This document shows, one piece after another, positions 44,903 to 59,900 of a stretch of 64,000 bases of DNA. A program made the translations under genes and the position numbers. This stretch comes from Antedon mediterranea (Eukaryota > Animalia > Echinodermata). A model generated the notes under the pieces. It was not told the DNA's origin. It made no database searches and was given only the letters and a program-made list of their open reading frames with translations. Where the stretch lies: contig NC_092673.1 in the NCBI RefSeq assembly GCF_964355755.1, forward strand, positions 15,968,948 through 16,032,947, read 5' to 3'. The stretch's first letter is position 1; each line of letters opens with the position of its first letter.

Positions 44903-47755
44903 ACTCTAAGGTGCACTTTCACCTTGGCTGGAAAACCCCAGGGCAATTTTCAGTCATTGTTGTCTTTCAGGTTTAGACACGCAAGTGATTATTAATTTCC
45001 AATAGACCATATCATAAAAACCTATCAAAAACTGCGTTTGTGATTTTGTTCTCTGTTATATAAAATCTTTTATTTTCTATTGAATAGGCTGAAATGCAAG
45101 ACTGATTTAGGAAGTCAGGTGATGCACAGAACGCTGCAAAGAGGGTATTGGCACTTTGCATAACAATAAACACCTTATAGGCTGGTAGCGTACAATCCCA
45201 TTGCTGGACCAGTGAATGGAGGATTCTTTTCCAGACAAATGATGTAATTTTATGGTTAACATTAATTTATGAATTCATTAGTGTGATGTGAGTTATATAT
45301 TTTTTAAATTTCATTATAGTAATTTGACTTCTAAGCTAGTAGAGCTTGTTGTATGAAGGTTTAAACAGTCTGGTTTAAAGCTAGTCCGTAATAATACAAC
45401 ACAATGGTTCATACAACAAACAGTAGCCAAAACATATTTTGGTTTATAATCCAACAGATATGTTGTGTGAGAATAAATGCTGTTTTAAATGTCTTATTAA
45501 TTCTTTTTAATTGTCGTTTGCTGTCTTTAAATTAGCTTTTGATTGCCATGTTGATACTGAGACTATCTTACCTACTGTAACAAACAATATTATTTATGTA
45601 ATTATTAAAATCAGGGACATTTCGGATCAGTCATAGAGGAAACAATTAAATAGTTTTTTCCTCCATAGACCAAGATCCCACAATTAGGATATAAATGGTT
45701 GGTAGTTTGCAATAGTTATACAATTTTAAAAGAATGATTTTTTAAACTGAATAATCAACTATTTTATTATATGGTTTACAATTTTTATAAAAATTTTGAT
45801 TTTCTCTTTGTGAAAAAAATTGGTCATACTTAAAATTGCAGTGTAAGGCAATAATTGTCCTTTTTAAGTGCTTATAACATCATGTAATTGTGCGTTATTT
45901 TTTTATGCTTACTATGGAATGACATATAATGCCTGCGTGTTAATAATTATCCGCTTAGTAGCGGATAACTCCTTGTGATTGTATTGGATAATTTTATTTT
46001 TTTTTTATACGTTCTTCTTTCTTTCTTGCTATTTTTGTGCATCGCGTTTCTCTAAAATGTGTAAGCATAACATTTCATAACTTTGACAACATGTGGACAT
46101 TTACCTGTGCACCTCCTATTTTTGAATGACGTCATAGTTGCGCAACGTGACTTGCGCGCAATTTTATGAATTTCAATGATTGATCATAGATTAAAAACCG
46201 AAAGTCATTTAGTATTGGCACTTTGACAAAATTTAAGTCATATCAAGGGCAAACTTTCTAAGGATTAAAAATGGCATGTTTCACAAGAAGTTACGCGCGC
46301 ACGCGCATTTAAAATTTCAAAATGCGCAAAATGAATTTCTAATCAACTTTTTACACGTTTCTTGTCATTTTGAGCATGTCAAAAATTCCCACGGGCGCGC
46401 GCGGAGCGTTAAAAACATATTTTTTTCTCTTGAATTATATTTTCAAGCCTTTCCTAGTAATTTCGGAAACAATTTAGACCTTTTGCACTTAAAATAACAC
46501 CATACGAACACGTTAAATTAGATTAAATTATCGGATCATGCATCAATAAGGCTAAACAAACATTGTGATGTCATCGTATTGAAAACGCACACAGAACGGG
46601 TAGGCCTAAAACCGGATCGCAAACAACAGTTCCCAGACACATAATAGCGAAATTTCTATACAGACCGCAAAGGTTCTCTATCCTATCAAAGGCTAAAAAA
46701 ATAAAGAAAAAAAGCTTTTATGTCATGGAAGACCTACCCCTATCTGATGTGAAAAAAAAACATCAACTAAAGGATGTAATGTCGAAGGCATATCTAGCAG
46801 GCAAGCACCCGTCTTTTCGTAACGGCACATTGTATATAGATGGAATGCCTTATCGTGAATAGTCCTAATGACGCAATCAGAATGTAACTTGAATAGCTAT
46901 TCAAGTATTTATAGCACATTGACACGTAGGCCTATTTTATATAATCGTATATTCTACCTTTAGAAGGCCTAGTAGACGTGTGCATTGCGTTTTTTATGTA
47001 CATATACAAGAACCATTATGTTATGTTGGACCATCATGGACCTGATTATTTGGCGGAGCAAAGAAGCAAAGAAATTGACTATTTATTTATAATACTTACT
47101 TTGTAATGAACTTGCATATATGTATTCATATTTTTATTTATTATGTATGTATATTTATTTATTTATGTTTTATTTATTTTACTTATCTTTTTGCGTCATG
47201 TACATTATATATAATATTAATTGTTCAACTGTATAATGATTGATAGTGTAACTTCGAATCTACCTAACTTTAATCCGTTAACTCACAACCTTGATAATTT
47301 TGATGAGCAGTCAGCAGATTTAATCGATCAATTAAACTCGAGATCAACTACTCTTGATAACTGTTCATATTATGATTGTGACAAGTTTAATTCAACCTTC
47401 ACAAATGATTCCAATACTAGCCTTTCCCTTTTTCATCTGAACATTAGAAGTATTAAAACTAAAGTAGACCCACTCATACGTCTGTTAGACAATTTAAGCA
47501 TTGATTTCTCAATAGTAGGTCTCTCAGAGACATGGCTACATGATAACTCGCCAACTCCCTCCTTACATAACTATACTATTTTCTCTAAAAATAGGTCAAC
47601 TAGAATTGGTGGTGGTGTTGCTTTATTTGTTCATAATGATATAAATGTTAAAATCAGACATGACAATGACATCTTGCTTCCTCTGCCTTATGAATCTCTA
47701 TTCATTGAGCTTAGTTATAGTAACCATAACAAAAAATCTACTGTTGTCGGTATAA

Positions 47756-49034
47756 GGCCTAAAAAAAAAAATTTTTTGTTTGCTGTCAAGTTTTTTTTTT
47801 TGGTAGGGGGGGGGGGGGGGGGCGGGTGGAAAAAAGTTTTTTTTTTGTTTTTTGTTTTTTTTTTTTAATGTTAATTTCTCTGTTAATTGCTCGCGAATTT
47901 GAGAGTAACAAAACACACTGAATAAAACAACGAGCTCAAACATCTATTCATAATTTGTTTCACACTTTAATTCTGTTTTGGCCGCGTTAGGCCCCGTGTC
48001 TAAACTAGCCTAGGCTAGGCCTACTACTACACAGTAGGTCGTTGTTAGCAGGCCTAATTAAATATTTTAATTTTTAGAAGTTAGTGTACCATATATTTCG
48101 GTGTATAAGTCGCACCTGTGTATAAGACGCACCCGACCCCTAACTGAGAATAAAATATCGGTATTTTGTATATCGTCGATGTATAAGACGGCCGCGTCCA
48201 GCCTCATCAAGAAGGGAAGTCCCCCATTCCGTCAGTTCTTTCTAACTTGTTATGAATGAGTTTCGCACCCGCAACATCGAGTGCATGATGACCGCACGTG
48301 TGTGTGGGCTAGCCTCGCTCGATCCTTTTATCGAGAGGCGCACGTTTTCACGGACAATCGTATTCGATTAGTATCTATGTATCCTAGAAGTGTGTACCCT
48401 AGGTCTATGCTATAATCAACTGGAGAATATACTAGTCGAATACTGTGTACACAATGTGGTTGCCAAGAAGGGCTCGCTCGCGCTGGGGGTACGACGGTCG
48501 TGCGTATAACTATAATACTATTCCAATCGTAAACGTCGTTTTCAAATGAAATTTTATCGGAGCGCCTAAAACAGCTCCATAATGAACAAATCTTTTCATC
48601 ATACTTGAAAACTAGCAGGTTGCTGTTACGCTAGTACACTGTAGCTAGGCTAGGCCTACTCTTTAGACTTTAGGAATACTAATAGGCCTAGGCTAGGCCT
48701 TACCTTAAAAAGCCCAGGCCTACCCAATGAGGTGGCGATCTGTGTGTTGAGGCATTTATGTTCGGTGTATAAGACGCACCCTTAATTTAGAGGTTAAATT
48801 TGCGTGTCAAAAGTGCGATTATACACCGAAATATACGCTACGTTATTATTTTTATTGTTTCATCCTCGCACACTCGATTTTTACACCTTTTCGGCCAAAA
48901 AAAATCATTAAAAAAACTTTTTTTTTAAAGCGCCCTCAACGTAAAAAAAAAACTTTTTCTTATTTCCGCCCCAAATTTTTGGCGAAATTAGGGGCGGCGG
49001 ATGACAGCAAACAAACTATTTTTTTTTTTTGGCC
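47756..49034. mobile_element. Zator- or Harbinger-like non-autonomous element (TAA TSD)
   Basis: TAA|ggcctaaaa...tgtttgctgtca ... tgacagcaaaca...ttttggcc|TAA; removing it restores VGIIYRPP in the LINE endonuclease. Confidence 0.85.
48089..48838. mobile_element. pogo/Tc2-like MITE (TA TSD)
   Basis: TA|ccatatatttcggtgtataagtcgcac ... gtgcgattatacaccgaaatatacgc|TA. Confidence 0.8.
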
Positions 49035-52000
49035 TAATATACCGTCCACCTGGAAGTTGTATTGACCATTTTTCTGAATCACTAGACAGTGTTCTAAGTA
49101 AAATTGATTCTGAAAATAAGAAGTGTCACATTATGGGGGATATAAATATTGATCTAATTAAATATCATAATCATCCCAGCACTGGAAATTATCTTGATCT
49201 ACTTCTTTCACATTCTTTTTATCCCACTATATCGAAACCTACCAGAATAACTACAACAACTGCCTCTCTAATTGATCACTTTTATACCAACCAAACTCAT
49301 TCTAATATTTCCTCCGGTGTTCTTATTACAGATATTTCTGACCATCTTCCCATTTTTTAACTTATTCATGATGACCAATGCCATTATAACAAGCCTACTG
49401 ATAGACAGTCTCCCCGCATACAGGATGTTAATGCCTTTTGTAATGACATCATAAACGAAGATTGGTCTGAAGTTTATAACGCCACACCTAATCTCGCTTT
49501 TGACACATTTTTATTAAAATTCTATAATATACATGATAAACATACCACCTATAAATCTGTACCCAAAACTAAAATGTCTAAACAACCATGGATGTCGCCT
49601 GGTCTTAAAAAATGTAGTAAAAAAAAGCAAAAATTATACAAAAAATTTATTTTATCACAAGATCCTAATCGCAAACTAACATACACAAAATATAACAATA
49701 TGTTTAATAAGCTTTGCCGCACTGCAAAAAAGAATTATTTTTCTTTACAATTTGACACGGTCAAAGGCAATCTTAAAAAAACCTGGTCCATTATTAATTC
49801 TGTTTTATCCCCTAATAAGTCAAGTCGAAACTATCCCAAACAACTTACAATAAATGACAATACCATTACATCTGAAATAGATATTTGTAATCAATTTAAT
49901 AAATATTTTTCTCAAATTGGCACTTCACTTAAAAATGCAATGCCAGATTCCTTAATTAATCCAAAATCATATCTTCCTGATCCCCTTCTCCATTCTTTCT
50001 TTATAAATCCTGTAACTGAACATGAAGTGATGATAATTATAAATGATCTTGATCCAAAGAAAGGAGGTGGCGATGATAGAGTTACACCATACATTATTAA
50101 ATTGATTTCTCCATTCATTATTAATCACCTTACGTTCTGTATTAATTCATCTTTTTCTTCAGGTAGTTTTCCCAATTATTTAAAGTTAGCAAAAGTTATT
50201 CCAATTTTCAAGAAAGGTAGACAAGATATACTTTCAAATTACAGACCCATTTCACTACTTAGTACCTTTTCCAAAATCATTGAAAAATTAATGTACTCCC
50301 GTCTCTATGAGTTCCTGGATTGCAATAACGTACTCTTTGCTCATCAATATGGTTTTCGTAAATCTCATTCCACTTCACATGCAATCCTTGATCTCATAAA
50401 TAATGTAACAAACTCCTTTGAAAAAAGACAATTTTTGTTATCTGTCTTTGTCGACTTATCCAAGGCCTTCGATATTATAGATCACCGTATACTTATTAAT
50501 AAACTTAACAATTATGGAATCAGGGGTATTACCTTAAACTGGTTTCGTAGTTACTTAAGTATGAGGAAGCAATATGTCTCGTTTGGTAATTGTATATCAC
50601 CAGAGGAGGAGATGACATGTGGGGTGCCACAAGGGTCGGTTCTTGGCCCTCTCCTTTTTTTAATTTACGTAAATGACTTATCCAGAGTCAGTGACACCCT
50701 CCATGTCATCTCCTTTGCTGATGACACTACACTATTTTTTTCTCATTCAGATTTAAAAGTTTTATTTTCTATAGTTAATAATGAATTGTCAAAATATAAT
50801 GACTGGTTCATCTCAAATAAACTCCTTATAAACTCCATGAAACCAATTACATTCTTTTTCATACACAACGTCAATCGTTAGACCTTACTGATTACAATAT
50901 ATTTATTAATGGAGATAACATTAAACAAACGTCAGAGACTATGTTCCTTGGTGTTTTAATCCAGGAAAACTTGAGATGGACCAGTCATCAGAATCATATT
51001 GCAAATAAAATTTCTAAAACAATTGGGATTATAAATAATCTTAAGCACACTTTTCCCCGGCGTATCCTTCTTTCATTATATAATTCTTTAATTTTACCTC
51101 ATCTTTATTATTGTAACATTATTTGGGTTGCTGACTATCCATCACATCTCGATAAACTTAATAAGCTGATTAAGCGTGCTATTAGAAATATTACTTGTAC
51201 GTCTCGCATTACTCCATCTGAACCTTTATTTTATGAACTTAAGTTACTGAAGTTAGGTGATATACATAAATTGCAAAGTGCCTCTTTTGTCTTTCAATAT
51301 TTTTCTAACAATCTTCCTTCTCCCATGATGAATTTATTTAACACTGCTGATTTCAACCATGGTCATAATTTAAGAAGTACTGTTCATAAGTTTCAGTTAA
51401 CTATTCCTTTTGTAAGATTAACTAGTTCTTCCCACTTTATTTATGTTTCTGGCCCTTTAATTTGGAATCAATTAGATACTAGTATTGTTAACTCTTCCTC
51501 TCTCCCAACTTTTCGTAAAAAACTTAAAAGTAATTTGTTATCATTGTACTCAAACTAGACCTTCAAACTGTTTTTGTCATGACTTTTTTTTATTTTATTT
51601 AATAATTATATACAAATGTATTTTTTTCTTTTGTTTATGGGTCTTGCGTGACAAGTATTCTCTTCTTGCAAGATCCTCTATTAATGGTTTTTTTTGTATT
51701 TTCTCATTATAAATTATCATTCTTTTTTATTGTATTGTTATACCATTGATAGAAACTAATAAATGTTGAATTATTATGGCCACACGAATGTAAAATATAG
51801 GATTTTTATCTTTTTCGTTATTGCTCATCACATTCAATGGAGTTTTCTCCAAGATTTTAAAATTGTTTAGGTCAATCAACTATCTTTCGCATGAGTTAAA
51901 AATATTTTAATTTTTATGACGTCATCATGTCTAAAAATGTAAATAACGTGGTTCACTTATTTTCATCTTTACAGTAAATTTCAATCTGTTATAGCTCGTA

Positions 52001-52412
52001 AGAATAAAAAGTGATAATCATGATTAAAACGTTTTCTGGAAGCTATTGGATTGTAGATACGAAATCATGAGAACATTTTGCCAATTGGATATTGTGACAT
52101 CATCATATGACCAGTTAAATAAAAAAAGTCGTATTTTCGTCTTTTGCGTCATAGTTCACTACATTTCAAAGAGTGCGTATCAATATTTCACGTATTCAAA
52201 TTTCTTCTACACTTTAATATGTTGTTGCTAAGATAATTTCCTTCCGAAATTGCTACCTTTGTGTTTCATTTTGAAACCGTCAACATGTTAAAAATTTGAA
52301 TAAATAGCGGGTCCCGTAATTTCACCTATTCTACACTGTATGTGATAATGATATGTATACAGATTATACTGTGTATAATATGACACAAAATAACAGAATT
52401 CAGCAATAAAAA

Positions 52413-53503
52413 CAGGCCCGTAGCCAGGGGGGGTTTTTATGGTTCGGGTGAACCCCCCCTTTACAGCGAACCCCCCCTTAACCGACTGCGAACCCCCCCC
52501 CTTAACCGACTGCGAACCCCCATCCCCGACATGACCAATACCTCACCCTCATCTCCGAAAATCGTCCAAATACATGCCCCACAGTACAAAAAGTTGTTCG
52601 TAAATTAAAAAATTCGTAAACTCGTTCGGAATAACTCATACAGTACCTTCTTCCCTGTATGAGCGTACTTCGAGCGATATAGTCTGTAAAGAGTTGCAAA
52701 TGAATTGCCGATTTTAACATGAAAAATAAATGTTTGGTCCCTGCATGTAACATGATATTGACGCGTCTCACAGCGAGCTGGGGGACGAACGATTCGTACA
52801 AAGGACACCGCCAGACAACTGCGTACCAATTGTTTAGATCACTGGCAGTCAGGCAGCATGCATAAAGTATATAGCCTTCCGACATACATCAGTATTTATG
52901 TGTGGCTATGAAGTATAATGTATCATAGAGGATTATAGTGAATATTAATATTTTACACTATAATATCTATGGTATCATGTACTGTAGTTCACATTATGGC
53001 ATCCGATTATTTTTTTCTAGACCACCAGCCGATACGTACTCAAATGTATCAATATCACCTATTTACATTGGCATATTTAATTTCCTCAACAAATTGCTGT
53101 AAATAAATATTATAGATAGAGCTATAATAAGAATTGCATTTGCCTTCACCCAGTGTGCTTTTTTCGGGGCTTCTCCTAGACGTACGTTCGCATTGAACTT
53201 GAACGCAAAACAAAATATCGAGTAAATGGTCAAACAATCGGCGGTTCCGCACAGAGCACGCGCAGCTAACATACGGCAACAAATGTTATCATTTAAATAG
53301 TCCACGAGTCCAAGTACGATCGTTTTGCTCATTGGTAGCATGCTGCATGAGAGTGTCTTTTCCGGCCATCTAGGGGTGTTATTTAACAAAATTTGCTTCG
53401 CCTCAGGCCCCACCCCAGGGGGGGGGGGTGGTAGGTATGGGGGTGGGGGTGACAAATACTTAGTGTGCGAACCTCCACTTGACAGATCCTGGCTACGGCC
53501 CTG
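52413..53503. mobile_element. Non-autonomous TIR element (CAGG termini, apparent 5-bp TSD AAAAA)
   Basis: caggcccgtagccagg ... cctggctacggccctg; TIR related to 4882-6656. Confidence 0.8.
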
Positions 53504-55919
53504 AAAAACATATCATATTCTTCAGTTCAGGTCATAATAATTTTGATATTGAAAATGTGTGTAGTTGGTCGCTTTCTTGTCGATGCTTTTATTGTAGAAC
53601 GTAATTTATTTATTTTTCTCTGTTCTGGGTTGACCAACTAGCATTGGTCTTTCCGTGCCTCCTTTTATAATTGTTTTGTCTTCTTTGTTATGTATATGGC
53701 TGAAATTGAATAAATAAAAAAAATAAAAAATTAAAAAATAAATAATGCCATAATCTTTTTCTGTGTGCAATATTCCAACATATGACGTGCACGTGGCGTT
53801 TGTCGTGCGGATAACTAACTCTTCAAAGTGACGAGTTTCATGTCTAGTTTTTATATTCATATTCATTAAATCAGCCATCATAAATAGGCTAAGTGTAGTT
53901 TCATTTACAACATAATAATGATATTTAAACCTATTTTAATGAAATATCCACTTTGGTAATATTTATTATTTTTCAAAAAATCTTAGATACAAAAAATATC
54001 CTATAATTTGTTTTATTACATATAGTCTATGTAAATACATGAACGTGATTGGTTGAAACTACATCACATGAGGGTGTTTCCATAAATAAAGGGGCCAAGG
54101 TGTGACATTAGGGTCAGAATTTCAATGTGTGACATTCTAAGTCTAATAATCAATTCTAAATAGTATATCATGTACTTGAACTAAAAAAACAAAACAAAAT
54201 ACACATTAAATCTGTTGTCTCTATGTAACAGCATTTATATAGTATCAACATGCATAGCAAATTTCACGTGTAACGGAGACACCAAAATCACATTATCTAC
54301 CCCTCTTATAAGTTATTATTAATAACCTAAAACTGTTTAAATTGGATTTTTAAATAGCTTTTGGGAACATCTTCAATGCAGAAAAATATTATTTAAATCA
54401 CACCTTTTCAAATTTAAAAAATAGCTTATGAAATAATTTTGCAAAGCCGTTAAAGTTGACTTAATTTCTATATAAAAGATTTGTAAAGTCACTGCTGTTT
54501 AAAAATTACACTGTAAACAATACAGAAATGAACAGAATATACCTCAAGTATATACATTTACTAGCAACAAGTCAAATCAGGATCATACCTCTATGTGGAA
54601 ATAAAACAATATGGTTCATGAAATATAAATGGAAGATTTCACGTGTAACGGAGACACCAAATGTTCACTTTAACTCGTCACAATGTTTTATGAAATGGTT
54701 TGATATGCAGCCATTTTTAAAGTGTAACAAATGTGGTTACTACTGCATACAATTGATAAACTGGTAAAAATAGTATATCAAATACTATCTTTTAATCAAT
54801 AAAACAATATAATTCATGCAATAAAAAATTGAAGTTTTCACGTGTAACAGAGACACCAAAAAGTTCACTTAAATAAGTCAACAAGAACTACTACATTATT
54901 TTTAAAGTGTGACAACTGTAATTACTACTGCACACAACAAACTGCTAAAATATACTAAACTATTAATAGTCATTTACAGTAAAATCATTGAGAATACATT
55001 TGGATATACTTCGCATTAACACTCTTGTTCAATCATTAAAACGTATAATCTATATAAATTTACGTAAGGGAAAAATTTGGTAAATCGCGCATTACTTCTA
55101 AAATGTTTACTCAATGGTATATAAAGTTGGTTCGTACTTTCAGTGCTGATTTTAACCACCTGATGTAACCCTGTTTAATAATTTAATTTCAGTTTATGTA
55201 ATTTTTTTTACGCTGAAATTACTGTATATTCGAGAACCGTCTGTGGGCTGATGTTTCTTTGGTTGGTCTTTTTGTTGATGCGGCATCTCTATTTTGGGGG
55301 TTAAATGCAGTTCTCAATTGGAACGGTAACATTGTTGATAAACTGCTGATCTGTATAGATGAAAAAAATGACAATGAAACATTAGATTTGCCCATCTGGG
55401 TTAAATTTGATTCATCATCATATAGAAATATAAAGTATGTAATTAAGTATTTTTAATATAAATTATACCAATTTAAATAAAAATAAATATATCTATTATT
55501 ATTATAAAATATGTTAGGCCTACTATACTAAAGAAAGTGTTTTCTTATCTTATGTTGATGGATTATAATATTTATTATTATTAATTATAAAACAATAAAT
55601 GAACACTGTATATATTTGTCTTTCTTGAGTTATGCTCATAAATTGATTTGACTAAAACTATTGCTTTCTTTTCAGATTATTAGTTTAAAATATTAATTTT
55701 ATTCATCAAATATTTATTATTATCATTTTATTATTATACTAAAATTAATATGTTACTGATAATTTTGTCTTAGTTATACTGGGTATAAATGTTTTTTACG
55801 TATTATTTTTAAATGTTGTAAAATGTCTGTTGACTTTATTTCTCATTCTTTTATAATTGTTTTTAAACCACATCGGGAAAACAGTAGACTAGTTATAATG
55901 TTGAAGTTCCCCATTAAAC

Positions 55920-56437
55920 TAAGCGCGATCTCTTTGTAGGGAGCCGACGAAGCAAGCGTGTGGGTTTTGGCCAACAAAATAAAGGTTCACCGAACCATGA
56001 CCGAAATGATACCAGTCACCCCATTTGAGCACCGGGAGTCGCCGAGCCAGCAATCACGTTGGTTTTCAATAAAAATTAAAAAATAAAGGTTCATCAAACT
56101 GAACAGCTAAAAATAAATGCGATCTCAATTTGGAGGAGAATTTTATTAGCCAAGCACGTGGTGTTTCGGAAAACCCTATTAATAATTATCGTACATGGAG
56201 TATATACACTGTCGCTGTAGAAATACCGCCGGAGTCGCCGAGTCAGCTAAAAAATAAACGCGATCTCAATGTGGAGGAGAGCTCATTAGCCAAGCACGTG
56301 ATATTTCGGAAAACCCTTAATAATTATCGTACAGACCTGTAGAAATACCAGTCACCCCTTTCAGCTTCGGAGTCGCCGAGCCAGCTAAAAATAAACTTAT
56401 CGCAATGTGGAGCAGAGTTCATTGCCCAAGCACGTGG
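55920..56437. repeat. Degenerate ~120-145-bp tandem repeat (about 4 copies)
   Basis: Recurring gcgatctc...agccaagcacgtg...gagtcgccgag. Confidence 0.55.
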
Positions 56438-56995
56438 TAATACTATCCTATTACTATTAGGAGAACCTATTGTTATTTGTTGTTTTGATTTGATTTCGTT
56501 CATAATAAATTGTTATCCACAGCCTTGCGTTTATATTATATGTAATTGTTTTTATCAATTTAAATAAAGTTATTAATTATTATTAAATTTATAAAACCTT
56601 AGTATATCTTCCGTAGATTGTAATTGAAACAAGTTAAATATTCCCTACACATCAAGTGAAATCGCCCAAATATGATAGGCGCGCATACGCGACAACCAAG
56701 TTGCTTGGACTCGCTCACTATAGTGGAGGGTATTTTAAATGTATATTATAGTAAACATTTAATTCATATTTTATATTGTCGAATAAATCAACGTTAAATA
56801 AATAAACAAAATTATGTACTAATATTACACATTATTTTGTGTAATATGTTTTTTATTATAACTGAAATGAACCAAATACAATTCTTTTTTTTCCTACAGT
56901 AACAAATAGAATAGTAAAAAACGACGAATTTGTTTTTATTCTGAAAGTGGTTGTAAACTATGGATTTTTATCCCTATTTCTTGTGACAATAATTA

Positions 56996-59900
56996 AACTA
57001 GACATGAAACTCGTCACTTTGACGAGTTAGTTATCCGCACAACAAACGCCACATGCACGTCATACGTTAGAACTTTGCACACAAAATAAGATTAGGGCAT
57101 TATGACCTGATCTGAAGAATACGATATGTTGTTAGTGTTGAATTCTGTCAATTTTGTGTCATATAGTATATACTGTACAGTATAATCTGTATACATATCA
57201 CATACAGTGTAGAATAGGTGAAATTACGGGACCCGCTATTTATTCCAATTTTTAACATGTTGGCGGTTTCAAAATGAAACGCTAGGGTAGCAATTTCGGA
57301 AGGAAATTATCTCAGCAACAACGTATTAACGTGTAGAAGAAATTTGAATACGTGAAATATTGATGCGCGCTCTTTTAAATGCAATGAATTATGAGGCAAA
57401 AGATGAAAATACGACTTTGTTCATTTAACTGGCCTTATGATGACATCACAACATCCGATTGGCAAAATTTTTACATGATTTCGTATCTACAATCCAATAG
57501 CTTCCAGAAAACGTTTTAATTGTGATTATCACATTTTATTCTTACGAGCTATAACAGATTAAAATTTACTGTAAAGATGAAATTAATGCCACACGTAATT
57601 TAAAATTTTAGGCATGATGACGTCAAAAAAATTAAAATATTTTTAACTCATGCGAAAGATAGTTGATTGACCTAGACAATATCAAAATCGGGGTGAAAAT
57701 GGAAAAGGGATAAGTGGAGATGCGCTCTATTAAATGTTATGACCTATTACGAAAGACAAAAAAATCTTAAATTTTATATTCGCGTGGCCATACAATGACG
57801 TCACAATATCCGGTTAGCCATATTAATACATTATTCGATATCTAAAACTCATCAACTTCCAGAAAATGTCATCCACAAAAAGTTGACCGTGCAGTTTAGA
57901 AATTACGACTGTTTAAAAAAAGACATAATTTTGACGAATTTTTGAACTTTTTCATCAAAAACGAGCGCAAATTGTTCAGTTCGACGTGCTCGTATGACAT
58001 GATTTTAAGTCAAAATGGTTTAAAAGTTGGTAAAACCACTAAAAAAGGCTAGAAAAACATAAATCAAGCGAAGAAAATATATTTTTAACGCTACATGCGC
58101 ACCGCGCACGTAAAAATTTGCGGGCGCGTGGGAATTTTTGACATGCTCAAAATGTCAAGATCAGCGTAGAAAGTTGATTAGAAATTAATTTTGCGTATTT
58201 TGAAATTTTAAATGCGCGTGCGCGCGTAACTTCTTGTAAAACACGCCATTTTTAGTTAACTAAAAGTTTGTCCTTGATATGACTTAAATTTTCATGAAGG
58301 GTAAAAAAAAAATTACGCTTGGTTTTTAAGCTATGATCAATCATTAAAAATCATAAAATCGCGCGCAAGTCACGTTGCGCAACTCTGACGTCATTCAAAA
58401 TAGGAGATGCACAACTTCACGTAAATGCCAACATGTTCTCAAAGTTATAAAATGTTACGTTTACACATTTTAGAGAAACGTGACTCACAAAAAAATGGGA
58501 AAGAAAGAAGAATAATACAGAAAAAGAAAAATATTGATCCAATACAATCACAAGGAGTTATCCGCTACTAAGCGGATAACTAACTAGACATGAAACTCGT
58601 CACTTTGACGAGTTAGTTATCCGCACGACAAACGCCACGTGCACGTCATACATTGGACACAGAAAAAGATTATGGCATATTGACATGAACTGAAGAGTAT
58701 AATATGTTGTTAGTGCTAAATGCTGTATATTTTGTGTCATATACTATTTACAGTATACATAGTATAATCTGTATACATATTAATACAGTGTAGGATAGGC
58801 GAAATTACGGGTCCCGTCATTTATTCCAATTTTTAACATGGTGACGGTATGAAAATGAAACACTGATATAGGAATTTCGGAAGGAAATTATCTCAGCAAC
58901 AACATATTAACGTGTAGAAGAAATTTTAATACGTAAAATATTAATGCGCGCTCTTTTAAATGTAATGAACTATGACGCAAAATATGAAAATACGACTTTT
59001 TTTATTTAACTGGCCATATGATGACGTCACAACATCCGATTTGCCAAATTTTTACATGATTTTGTATCTACAATCCAATAGCTTCCAGAAAACGTTTTAA
59101 TCGTGATTATCACATTTTATTCTTACGAGCTATAACAGATTAAAATGTTCTGTAAAGATGAAATTAATGCCACATGTAATTTAAATTTTTAGGCATGATG
59201 ACGTCATAATCATTAAAATATTTTTAACTCATGCGAAAGATAGTTGATTGGCCTAGACAATATCAAAATCGGGGTGAAAATGGAAAATGGATAAGTGGAG
59301 ATGCGCTCTATTAAATGTGATGAGCTATGACGAAAGATACAAAAATCCTCAATTTTATATTCGCGTGGCCATACGATGACGTTAAAATGTCCGGTTAGCC
59401 ATATTAATACATGATCCGATATTTACAACTCATCAACTTCCGGAATATGTCATCCACAAAAAGTTGACCGTGTAGTTTAGAAATTACGACTGTTTAAAAA
59501 AAGGCATAATTTTGACAAATTTTTGTACTTTTTCATCAAAAACGAGCGCAAATTGTCCAATTCGACGTGCTCGTATGACGTAACTTTAAGTCGAAAGTGT
59601 TTAAAAGTTGGTAAAATTACTATAAAAGACTGGAAAAACATAAATCACTCGAAAAAAACATGTTTTTAATGCTACGTGCGCACCGCACACGTAAAAATGT
59701 GCGCACGCGTGGGAATTTTTTCATGCTTAAAATGACATGAAACGCGTAGAAAGTTGATTAGAAATTAATTTTGCGCATTTTGAAATTTTAAATGCGCGTG
59801 CACGCGTAACTTTTTGTAAAACATGCCATTTTTAGTGCACTAACAATTTGCCCTTGATATGACTTAAATTTTCATAAAGGGTAAAAAAAAAATTACTCTT

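Larger units (their letters stand above)
46524..51775 (+). mobile_element. CR1/L2-group LINE: ORF1 C-terminus plus disrupted ORF2
   Basis: ORF1 remnant IENAHRTG...PRHIIAKF...LYIDG (stop 46860-46862); ORF2 47221-51558 with HLNIRS, LSETWL, YRPP, SDHLPIF, GVPQGSVLGP, FADD; stops and frameshifts. Confidence 0.92.
45945..53849 (-). mobile_element. Helentron/HINE-like ~1.6-kb element, inverted copy split by nested insertions
   Basis: Reverse complement of the 56996-58581 unit: start at 53849 (aactagacatgaaactcgtcac), end hairpin ttatccgcttagtagcggataa at ~45947. Confidence 0.8.

Noticed and set aside
45089-45243. Possible exon of a neighbouring gene (AG...GT-bounded, GC-richer)
   Set aside because: Stops in all three + frames and no recognisable motif.
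52502-53455. ORFs of 127 and 130 aa inside the TIR element
   Set aside because: No transposase motif recognised; likely chance ORFs or decayed internal sequence.
54260-54862. Three copies of tttcacgtgtaac(g/a)gagacaccaaa (E-box containing)
   Set aside because: Probably sub-terminal repeats of a decayed DNA transposon; no termini identified, so not called.
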